DNA of 10,570 bases from Pseudomonadota bacterium. GTDB taxonomy: Bacteria > Bdellovibrionota > FAC87 > UBA2466. Below, one piece after another: positions 1 to 6,354 of the stretch (position 1 is the first letter of the stretch; each line of letters opens with the position of its first letter). The notes below the pieces were generated by a model. The model was not told the origin of the DNA. It searched no databases and saw only the letters and a program-made list of their open reading frames with translations. The stretch is from assembly GCA_043767805.1 (NCBI GenBank), contig JAYUGC010000142.1, positions 1 through 10,570 of the forward strand, given 5' to 3'. A program made the position numbers and the translations under genes.

Positions 1-1900
1 CTTGGAAGACATCAAGGCGCCCGAGTGTTTTTACATCGAGCAAGAGCTCCGAAAGACGATGAAGATTCCCGTCTTTCACGACGACCAGCACGGTACCGCC
101 ATCATTTCCGGCGCGGCGTTTTTGAATGCGCTCATTATCGTCGAAAAGAACATCGAGGACATGAAGGTGGTCTTTAGCGGCGGCGGCGCCGCGGCCATCG
201 CCTGCGCGAAGCTCTATATCTCTTTGGGCGTGCGGCCTGAGAACCTCCTCATGTGTGACAGCCAAGGTGTCATTCACGATAAGCGCGAGGACTTAAACGA
301 GTTCAAAAAGGAATTCGTCGTCAAGACGGATAAGCGCACGCTTTCCGACGCGATGATTGGCGCCGATGCCTTCATCGGTCTTTCGGTCAAAGGCGCGGTC
401 ACCACGAAGATGGTCGCCTCCATGGCGAAAGACCCCATCGTGTTCGCGATGGCCAATCCCGATCCGGAAATTGGCTACGACGAAGCCTGCGCCGTCCGAA
501 AAGACATCATCATGGCCACGGGCCGTTCGGATTATCCGAACCAGGTGAATAACGTCCTGGGGTTTCCCTTCATTTTCCGGGGGGCTCTGGATGTGCGCGC
601 GAGCTCCATCAACGAGGAAATGAAAATTGCGGCGGTCAATGCGCTGGCGAAGCTCGCCCGCCAGGAAGTGCCGGACCTCGTCTCGAAAGCTTACGGCGGC
701 AGGCGCTTCAAGTTCGGCCGTGAGTACATCATTCCGAAGCCTTTCGATCACCGGGCGCTACTCTGGGTCGCTCCCGCGGTGGCGGAAGCCGCCATGAAGT
801 CCGGCGTCGCGAAGGACAAGATCAATCTCGACGAGTATGTCATCCGTCTCGAGAAACGGCTCGGCGTCCGCCAAAGTTTCGTGCGCTCCATCAAGGACAG
901 CATCGTGCGCCCGTCCTCGACCGGCGGAGTGCCCCTTCCGAAGATTGTGTTTCCTGAAGGCGGACATCCGAAGATTTTGCGGGCCTGCGAAAAGATCATC
1001 GAGGAAGAGATTTGCATCCCGATTCTCCTAGGCAATCGCGAGCGCATCCTGGACGCCATAGAAAAGCAGGGGCTCGAAAAGCTCAAGAACGCCCAAATCA
1101 TCACCCCTTCCCGGGACGCCAGGCGCGATAGCTACGCCGATGAGTTTTGGCACCTGCGCGAGAGAAAAGGGATCAGCCGCGATCAAGCTTACTCGATGAT
1201 GAAAAACGAGAACTACTATGGGTCCATGATGGTGAGACTCGGACATGCCGACGGCTTACTCTCGGGCATTTCCCAGAGCTACCGGGACACCATCCGCCCG
1301 TTCCTTCAGGTCGTGGGCACGCGCAAAGGGATGAAGATCTCCGGCGTGTACATGATGCTCTTTAAGGAGAAGGTGTATTTCTTCGCCGACACCACGGTGA
1401 ACATCGAACCGAACGCCTCCGAGCTCGCCGACATCGCCATCTGCGCAGCGGAAGAAGCGCGCTTTTTTAATATCGAGCCCAAGGTAGCGATGCTTAGCTT
1501 CTCCAACTTCGGTGGTCATTCGCACCCCTTCACGGACAAGGTGCGGGAAGCTGTCCGGCTCGTGAAGCTTCGCCGGCCGGATATTTTGGTGGACGGCGAG
1601 ATGCAGGCTGATACGGCCGTGGATCCGAGCATCGTCGACGAGATTTTCCCCTTTTGCGAGATCAAGGGCGGCGCGAACGTGCTCATTTTCCCCGATCTTC
1701 AGTCGGCAAACATTTGCTATAAGCTCATGCAACGCATCGGCGGGGCGGAAGCCATCGGTCCTTTGCTCATCGGCATCAATAAGCCCATCAACGTGCTTCA
1801 GCGCACGGCGGACGTGGACGAAATCGTCAACATGGCAGCCATCACGGTGCTGGAAATCCAAAAGGGTGACACCATGGGCCGCCTCGGCGCCGGGCTGTAA
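1..1900 (+). CDS. maeB: NADP-dependent malic enzyme fused to a C-terminal phosphotransacetylase-like domain (hybrid MaeB); 5' end lies outside the window
   Basis: Malic enzyme motifs [57 protein letters not shown] and YIIPKPFD. These are followed by PTA-domain motifs [42 protein letters not shown] and AIGPLLIG. Stop TAA at 1898-1900. Confidence 0.97.
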   Translation, partial: LEDIKAPECFYIEQELRKTMKIPVFHDDQHGTAIISGAAFLNALIIVEKNIEDMKVVFSGGGAAAIACAKLYISLGVRPENLLMCDSQGVIHDKREDLNEFKKEFVVKTDKRTLSDAMIGADAFIGLSVKGAVTTKMVASMAKDPIVFAMANPDPEIGYDEACAVRKDIIMATGRSDYPNQVNNVLGFPFIFRGALDVRASSINEEMKIAAVNALAKLARQEVPDLVSKAYGGRRFKFGREYIIPKPFDHRALLWVAPAVAEAAMKSGVAKDKINLDEYVIRLEKRLGVRQSFVRSIKDSIVRPSSTGGVPLPKIVFPEGGHPKILRACEKIIEEEICIPILLGNRERILDAIEKQGLEKLKNAQIITPSRDARRDSYADEFWHLRERKGISRDQAYSMMKNENYYGSMMVRLGHADGLLSGISQSYRDTIRPFLQVVGTRKGMKISGVYMMLFKEKVYFFADTTVNIEPNASELADIAICAAEEARFFNIEPKVAMLSFSNFGGHSHPFTDKVREAVRLVKLRRPDILVDGEMQADTAVDPSIVDEIFPFCEIKGGANVLIFPDLQSANICYKLMQRIGGAEAIGPLLIGINKPINVLQRTADVDEIVNMAAITVLEIQKGDTMGRLGAGL

Positions 1901-1975
1901 AAAAAGAGAATTCCGCCCCCCCTCACCTTGACTAGAAATTGGGCAAAGCGGGCCTGCTGGATAGGCACGGCTTTC

Positions 1976-1991
1976 TGGCATCCGCCTTGCT
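1976..1991 (+). promoter_or_regulatory. sigma54 (RpoN) -24/-12 promoter upstream of the lipoprotein gene
   Basis: TGGCATCCGCCTTGCT matches TGGCAC-N5-TTGCW, with the exact GG-N10-GC spacing (GG 1977-1978, GC 1989-1990). It is intergenic. Confidence 0.7.
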
Positions 1992-2003
1992 CTCTTAGGC
2001 AGT

Positions 2004-2462
2004 GTGAAAACCACTACCTACCTCTTGATGTCTCTCAGCGTGATGGTTCTTTCGGCCTGCGGCAACAACTCGCTGCAAACTTCCGGAAAAGGCGGCGCAA
2101 AGGTTACAGAGCCGGGCGATTCGGGCGTCACGATGTGCACGATGATCGCGGCCTCGGCTCTCGGTCTGCGCGTTCAAGTTCCTTCGGGATGGAGCGCCCA
2201 ACAACTCGCCAAGGAGCTTAAAATCGAAGTTACCGACGGTAACGGGCCCGTCGAGATGAGCGAGCTCGAGGTCGATGGCTCGCAGCTCATTAATAACGGC
2301 GCTTACGAAAACAAAGGCCCGTTCCAAGTGAAGGTCACCCTTCGCAGCGTTTCGGCCACCACCACGGCCAAGCCGGGATTTGATGGCTGCCACGTCATTG
2401 GGGTTGGCGTCCTCGTCGAATTTCAGCCTCCCAATAAAATCATGCTTACCACCCAACCCTAA
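2004..2462 (+). CDS. Putative lipoprotein, 152 aa, probably a small beta-sandwich domain with one disulfide
   Basis: GTG start, N-terminal MKTT, a hydrophobic stretch and the lipobox LSA-C. The mature part has two Cys (CTMIA...DGCHV) and GAYENKGPFQVKV, reminiscent of carboxypeptidase-regulatory-like domain lipoproteins (tentative, from memory). Confidence 0.8.
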   Translation: MKTTTYLLMSLSVMVLSACGNNSLQTSGKGGAKVTEPGDSGVTMCTMIAASALGLRVQVPSGWSAQQLAKELKIEVTDGNGPVEMSELEVDGSQLINNGAYENKGPFQVKVTLRSVSATTTAKPGFDGCHVIGVGVLVEFQPPNKIMLTTQP

Positions 2463-2535
2463 CTAAGGCCTGGGCAGGCGACCAAAGTTTAGACAGTCTT
2501 GCGCCTTCTCTCCCCGTATTCCGTGAGTCTTCAGC

Positions 2536-2551
2536 TGGCACGCCGAATGCA
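2536..2551 (+). promoter_or_regulatory. sigma54 (RpoN) -24/-12 promoter upstream of the secreted coiled-coil protein gene
   Basis: TGGCACGCCGAATGCA has a consensus -24 box TGGCACG and a -12 TGCA, with GG-N10-GC spacing (GG 2537-2538, GC 2549-2550). It is intergenic. Confidence 0.75.
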
Positions 2552-2563
2552 AACCTATGGGCA

Positions 2564-3568
2564 ATGCGCTTCTGGCTCAGTTACATTTTGGCCATGGGGC
2601 TTGCTAGCCCGGTCCAGGCCACTTCTAAAGGCATGGCACAGCTGAGCGTTCCCGAGCTCAATGCGAATATATCCACCCTTGGCGCCGAGCAATCACGACT
2701 GGCCGCCAAAGCGGACGGCCTGGATCGCAACATCCGTTCTCTCGAAGCGGAAAAGACGGATCTGGGCTCCAAGCGCGAGGCGCTGGACAAATTCATTATC
2801 GAGAATTACACGAACACCGCTCCGGGCGTTCAGCAGCAGATAGTCGACAAATCCGCGGAACGACAAAAAATGGATGACCGAATCCGCGAGATCACCACGA
2901 AACTTGACGTCAATGACGGTAATGACCTCGGGCTACGCGAACAGCTCACGAAAACTGCCGGCCAATTGGGCGAGACGACCACCTCGAAAACTGCTTTAGA
3001 AACGCTTCGTAATCAGGTCGCTTCTGGAGCCGCGGAGGGCGGCGGAGCGGGCGGCGGCGGCGGATCCGGTGGTGGTGGTGGTGGCGGTGGAGGAGGAGGA
3101 GGAAGCGGCATGATCGGCCTCGCCGTGGGAGCCGCGGCCACGGGCGCGATGCTGGGAATGATGGCGGCTTCCGGCGGCAAAGACGACGAAGGCGGCGGCA
3201 TCGACAAATATTTGGAAGAGCAAAGAAAGAAATCCGAAGAGGAAAACCGAAAGGCCGAGGAAGAACAGGCCGATAAAGCCGCCTTTCTCGCCGACGCCCG
3301 CGCCGAGGAAGAACACGCTCGCGGAATTAAGTCGCAGAACGATCAGCTCTCCAGTCTTTTTCTGAATCTTAGCAAGGACAGCAAAGCGCCTTCTAAAGCA
3401 GCTCCCGTTTATACGCCGCCGAAAAATGGGACGGGCGCCTCGGTCGCGATGGTGGATTTGAAAATCGTGCGGTGCTTTCGCCTTCCGGGCGGTACCCCTG
3501 TGCCTTGTCTGCCGGGACTCGCTCAGCTCTGCGTGAATCAGGCTGGGCAATCTCTCCCCTGCCCTTGA
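2564..3568 (+). CDS. Secreted hypothetical protein, 334 aa: signal peptide, coiled coil, poly-Gly linker, hydrophobic Gly/Ala segment, charged helix and 4-Cys C-terminal tail
   Basis: Signal peptide MRFWLSYILAMGLASPVQA with a V-Q-A cleavage site. Heptad-like Leu/Ile periodicity over about residues 28-152. Gly-rich tract at 3038-3109, then MIGLAVGAAATGAMLGMMAASG, an E/K/A-rich helix, and a C-terminus with 4 Cys. Confidence 0.85.
   Translation: MRFWLSYILAMGLASPVQATSKGMAQLSVPELNANISTLGAEQSRLAAKADGLDRNIRSLEAEKTDLGSKREALDKFIIENYTNTAPGVQQQIVDKSAERQKMDDRIREITTKLDVNDGNDLGLREQLTKTAGQLGETTTSKTALETLRNQVASGAAEGGGAGGGGGSGGGGGGGGGGGGSGMIGLAVGAAATGAMLGMMAASGGKDDEGGGIDKYLEEQRKKSEEENRKAEEEQADKAAFLADARAEEEHARGIKSQNDQLSSLFLNLSKDSKAPSKAAPVYTPPKNGTGASVAMVDLKIVRCFRLPGGTPVPCLPGLAQLCVNQAGQSLPCP
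3038..3109 (+). repeat. GGN trinucleotide tract encoding poly-glycine
   Basis: 21 of 24 codons are Gly, arranged in homogeneous blocks: (GGC)4 at 3050-3061, (GGT)5 at 3068-3082 and (GGA)5 at 3089-3103. Confidence 0.95.
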
Positions 3569-3577
3569 AACTCTTTT

Positions 3578-3620
3578 AAAAATAAAAAAGCCCCGGCGGC
3601 CTCTCGGCTGCCGGGGCTTT
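3578..3620 (-). terminator. Rho-independent terminator between convergent genes; strongest on the - strand, probably bidirectional
   Basis: Inverted repeat AAAGCCCCGGCGGCC-TCTC-GGCTGCCGGGGCTTT (3587-3620) with one G.T pair. The A-tract at 3578-3589 gives a long U-tail on the - strand; only TTT follows the stem on the + strand. Confidence 0.92.
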
Positions 3621-3635
3621 CGATTATGGAGTCAA

Positions 3636-4664
3636 TTAAAGCTGAACAGAGAACATGGCTTCGACTTGCGTTTTCGTCTGAGTAAAGCTGACGGTGTTCG
3701 AGGCAAAAACCCCCGATCCCGCAGAATTCACATTCGAGCACGAGTAGTTGAAGCTGAACGCCGCGACAGTACCGAGGTTACCCGAGCCATTGGTAAACGT
3801 CTTAGTATCGGTAGCATTGCAGTTGTCCCAAAGAGCCGTGTCGCCAGTACCCACATCTTTATCCGTGAAGCCGACCGAATGGCCGTTCGTCAGAGTGCTA
3901 TGGGTCTTGCCGACGGTGACTGCTGCTCCGAGCGTTCCGGTAGCGTACATGGTGTAACAGCCAAGCATACCCGTCGCGATGCGCTTGTCTTCGATTGAAA
4001 CTGCCTGAACGGAGACCGCTTTGGTCGAATCGTTGAACGAGGAGCTGTAATACATGGCCCGATCGGTACCAGCCGTCGCCAAATAGCTCGTAGCAAACCT
4101 GGTCGCGAGCGCTTGCATCGACTGCGCCGTGGAGTCGGTGCGATCCCATTTGACGTAGAGTAGCGCCGTACCGGTCGCGCTGCCCGGTTTCAAGGCCGTC
4201 GGAATCATGGCAAGGTAGCCCTTCGACTCATTGCCTTTGCCGGACCAGTAAAGATCGATGAACTGCGCGGCGTCCACGCTCAGAGTCGCGTGGTAATCGT
4301 ACGTGCCGAAAAACCCTCTGGCGTCGCCCGAGACGACGAGATTTGCCGTTCCGGTAACGGTTTTACTGCGAAACGTTCTCGAGGAGGTCAGAGCCACCGA
4401 CGAGCCGTCCGCGGGAAGCGAGGAAGTGGCTACGTCGAGGCCCATGTCGACAACCATATGGTAGAAAATATTCTCGGCCATGCCGGCGAAACGTTTATTG
4501 CCCACGCAGAGCATGCTGTGAAAGTAGAACAAGGCGCCGTGATCGTAGGAGCGCGCATCCGTTTGGCATGAGTCAGACTCCGCCTCGTCATCGGACGGCG
4601 GCTTCTCACCGGCGTAAGCGGATGAGAGAACGAGAACGCAAAGGATGGTAAATAGGTTTTTCAT
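3636..4664 (-). CDS. Secreted Thr/Ser/Gly-rich hypothetical protein, 342 aa
   Basis: ATG preceded by an SD-like AAGGGA. Signal peptide MKNLFTILCVLVLSSAYA with an A-Y-A cleavage site. Beta-strand-like, T/S/G/A-rich mature region with several Cys. Ends just before the terminator. Confidence 0.85.
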   Translation of the reverse strand: MKNLFTILCVLVLSSAYAGEKPPSDDEAESDSCQTDARSYDHGALFYFHSMLCVGNKRFAGMAENIFYHMVVDMGLDVATSSLPADGSSVALTSSRTFRSKTVTGTANLVVSGDARGFFGTYDYHATLSVDAAQFIDLYWSGKGNESKGYLAMIPTALKPGSATGTALLYVKWDRTDSTAQSMQALATRFATSYLATAGTDRAMYYSSSFNDSTKAVSVQAVSIEDKRIATGMLGCYTMYATGTLGAAVTVGKTHSTLTNGHSVGFTDKDVGTGDTALWDNCNATDTKTFTNGSGNLGTVAAFSFNYSCSNVNSAGSGVFASNTVSFTQTKTQVEAMFSVQL

Positions 4665-4677
4665 GGTGTCGTTCCCT

Positions 4678-4818
4678 TTAGTTGATGTTGGTGGAGACCG
4701 TGCACGGCAAGTTCGCGTCGCAGCCGGTGGCCGCCGTGCTGCTGGAGCCGCAACCAGAGATGAGAGCCGCCGTCAGTGCCGCGACCGCGCCGAAGAGAAC
4801 AAACATTTTCTTAACCAT
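4678..4818 (-). CDS. Very small lipoprotein (46-aa precursor, 24-aa mature)
   Basis: SD AAGGAG 6 nt before the ATG at 4818. Sequence MVKKMFVLFGAVAALTAALISG-CGSSSTAATGCDANLPCTVSTNIN has a basic n-region, an h-region and the lipobox ISG-C. The stop is 13 nt before the next ATG. The ORF-track start at 4878 is less plausible. Confidence 0.78.
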   Translation of the reverse strand: MVKKMFVLFGAVAALTAALISGCGSSSTAATGCDANLPCTVSTNIN

Positions 4819-4899
4819 TTTAGACTCCTTAAAAAGTGCTTGGCCAAATGAGCGTCGACGCCAGAGCGCTACTTCCACAAACGTGTGGACGACCTCACC

Positions 4900-4907
4900 T
4901 TATCGGC
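4900..4907 (-). promoter_or_regulatory. Possible sigma28 (FliA) -10 element for the lipopeptide/secreted-protein operon
   Basis: Exact GCCGATAA on the - strand about 80 nt upstream of the lipopeptide ATG. The -35 position 15 nt upstream reads TATC, a poor match to TAAA. Confidence 0.35.
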
Positions 4908-4939
4908 CTGCGTGGAGGAAGAGATAACAACTCGACGCG

Positions 4940-5590
4940 TTATATTTGACGCTGAAGACCAACGACCTTGCCCTGCACTTCAAAGTGCTCGGTGGTGATC
5001 TTCAAGGGGCTGAGGCGCGGGTTCTCAGGCACGAGATAAATGGCGTTTCCCTTCTTCAGGAAACGCTTCACGGTGGTTTCGCCGTTCACGAGAGCCACGA
5101 TGATGTCGCCGCTGCGAACCATGGCGCGTTTTTCGACGATGAGGAAATCTCCCTCGAGAATGCCGGCCCCGATCATGCTGTCGCCTACCACCCGGAGCGC
5201 GAAGGAAGGATTTTTCCCCAACGTCTCTGTGATTACCACGGTGCCCATCTTCAACTGAGCGTTGTCACTCAAAGGACCCGCCGCGATTTCGCCGTAGACG
5301 GGAATGCGGCGCGTGCCTTCGGGCTTATAACCGGCTGGGACTAGCCCTCTCGCCTGTCTACGCCCCTTGTCCAACGGAGTCTCCTCGAGAGCGCCCTTCT
5401 TTCGCAGAGCCTTCAGGTGGTCTTGCACCGTTCCTATGGCCTTGTAACCGAAGTGCTCCTGAATCTCTCTATAAGAAGGAGGCGTGCCGCTGCGCTCATA
5501 GCACTGCTTGATGAACGCGAGAATCTGCTCCTGAGATTCCGTGAGTTTTTCCGTATTTTTTCCTTCAGTGTGTCTTGACTTACCTACCAT
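4940..5590 (-). CDS. lexA: LexA SOS repressor, 216 aa
   Basis: N-terminal winged HTH (LTESQEQIL...PPSYREIQEHFG...VQDHLKALRKKG), Ala-Gly autocleavage site (GEIAAG), catalytic Ser in GDSM, catalytic Lys in TVKR, and C-terminal GKVVGLQR. Confidence 0.96.
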   Translation of the reverse strand: MVGKSRHTEGKNTEKLTESQEQILAFIKQCYERSGTPPSYREIQEHFGYKAIGTVQDHLKALRKKGALEETPLDKGRRQARGLVPAGYKPEGTRRIPVYGEIAAGPLSDNAQLKMGTVVITETLGKNPSFALRVVGDSMIGAGILEGDFLIVEKRAMVRSGDIIVALVNGETTVKRFLKKGNAIYLVPENPRLSPLKITTEHFEVQGKVVGLQRQI

Positions 5591-5603
5591 ACAATTGTAT
5601 GGT
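5575..5603 (+). promoter_or_regulatory. sigma70-type promoter for imuA-imuB-dnaE2
   Basis: -35 TTGACT (5575-5580), a 17-bp spacer and -10 TATGGT (5598-5603). It points toward imuA and is overlapped by the 20-bp palindrome. Confidence 0.7.
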
Positions 5604-5604
5604 A
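5585..5604. promoter_or_regulatory. Candidate LexA operator (SOS box): perfect 20-bp palindrome
   Basis: TACCATACAATTGTATGGTA is its own reverse complement. It covers the lexA ATG (5588-5590) and the spacer and -10 of the divergent promoter. Confidence 0.8.
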
Positions 5605-5751
5605 TACCTAATGACGACGGATTTGTCGAACTTTTTTTAGGAGTTAGCGGGTATTACGCCAGCGTTTCGCTGGTAGCCGAGCTCTAGCGAATGCGAACCT
5701 CCACGGGTTTTGCAAGCAAAAGCCGGACTTAAAACCGAGGGGGAATGTTCA

Positions 5752-6354
5752 ATGGCGGTGGGCACAGAAGCGCGAGCCAAGCGATCGGAGACCGTCCGCG
5801 CGATGGTCGAAGGCGCCATGCAACGCTCTGCACGCTTACGGCCCTTGGCCTCTTCCCCCTCGGGAGGTCTTTCCCAAATCCCCAAGGGAGGATCGGCAAC
5901 ACTCGATGCACTTAAGTGTTTGGGCACTCCTCAAGATTTAGCCCTAGCCGATCCTCCTTACCCCCTTCTTCCCTTCACGACCTATGCGCTTTGGGTTTCG
6001 GATGAGGGCTGGCTCTACACGCCTTCGCTTCATCACAAATGGAATCTCTCTTTAGATCGTTTGCTTTTAGTACGCGTCACCAACGCCATGGACGTCTGGC
6101 GCCTAGCCCTAGAAGCCATCCAAACAGGCCTCTTCCAATTCGCCATCCTTCGCCCTTCGAAACTTTGTCCACCAAACTATCTCCGTAAACTTCAGCTCAC
6201 CGCCGAAAGCACGCGCTGCCAAGTCATCGTGCTGAGCGAAGAGCGGCTACCCCATTGGGTTTTGAGAAAAAGTGTAAGTCATGCGCGTTCTGTACCTCCG
6301 CCACTCGACTCACCTGACGGCGTTCAGCGAGGCCTGCCTCGCTCTCTCCCCTAG
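5752..6354 (+). CDS. imuA: ImuA-like mutagenesis accessory protein (degenerate RecA-like fold), 200 aa
   Basis: SD GAGGGGG (5737-5743) before ATG 5752. ImuA-like segments LYTPSL...LSLDRLLLVR...LALEAIQTG...LRKLQLTAE. First gene before imuB-dnaE2. Confidence 0.82.
   Translation: MAVGTEARAKRSETVRAMVEGAMQRSARLRPLASSPSGGLSQIPKGGSATLDALKCLGTPQDLALADPPYPLLPFTTYALWVSDEGWLYTPSLHHKWNLSLDRLLLVRVTNAMDVWRLALEAIQTGLFQFAILRPSKLCPPNYLRKLQLTAESTRCQVIVLSEERLPHWVLRKSVSHARSVPPPLDSPDGVQRGLPRSLP

Noticed and set aside
1899..1922. A-run and C7 homopolymer after maeB as a terminator or phase-variation tract
   Set aside because: There is no stem with a U-tail, and the runs are short and outside any identified promoter spacer.
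1928..1956. TTGACT as a sigma70 -35 element upstream of the lipoprotein gene
   Set aside because: No -10-like hexamer lies at 16-18 bp.
1963..1977. Second sigma54-like -24 box, AGGCACGGCTTTCTG
   Set aside because: The -12 position reads TG rather than GC at the required spacing. The overlapping downstream site fits properly.
1940..2480. Shared TGGGCA/GGCCTG words upstream of both sigma54 promoters as enhancer sites
   Set aside because: They are short, at different distances and in different order, and are expected by chance in GC-rich DNA.
3013..3207. Poly-proline ORF on the - strand
   Set aside because: It is the antisense shadow of the poly-Gly tract in the 334-aa gene.
4819..4878. Upstream extension of the lipopeptide ORF (start at 4878)
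   Set aside because: It would bury the signal peptide. The ATG at 4818 has a strong SD.
5688..5745. GCAAAAGCCGGACTTAA resembling part of a c-di-GMP-I riboswitch
   Set aside because: It lacks the GGCAAA-stem-GNRA P2 arm and the GACGCAAAGC junction.
5710..5751. TTG start for imuA at 5710
   Set aside because: It has no SD, whereas the ATG at 5752 has a well-spaced GAGGGGG.
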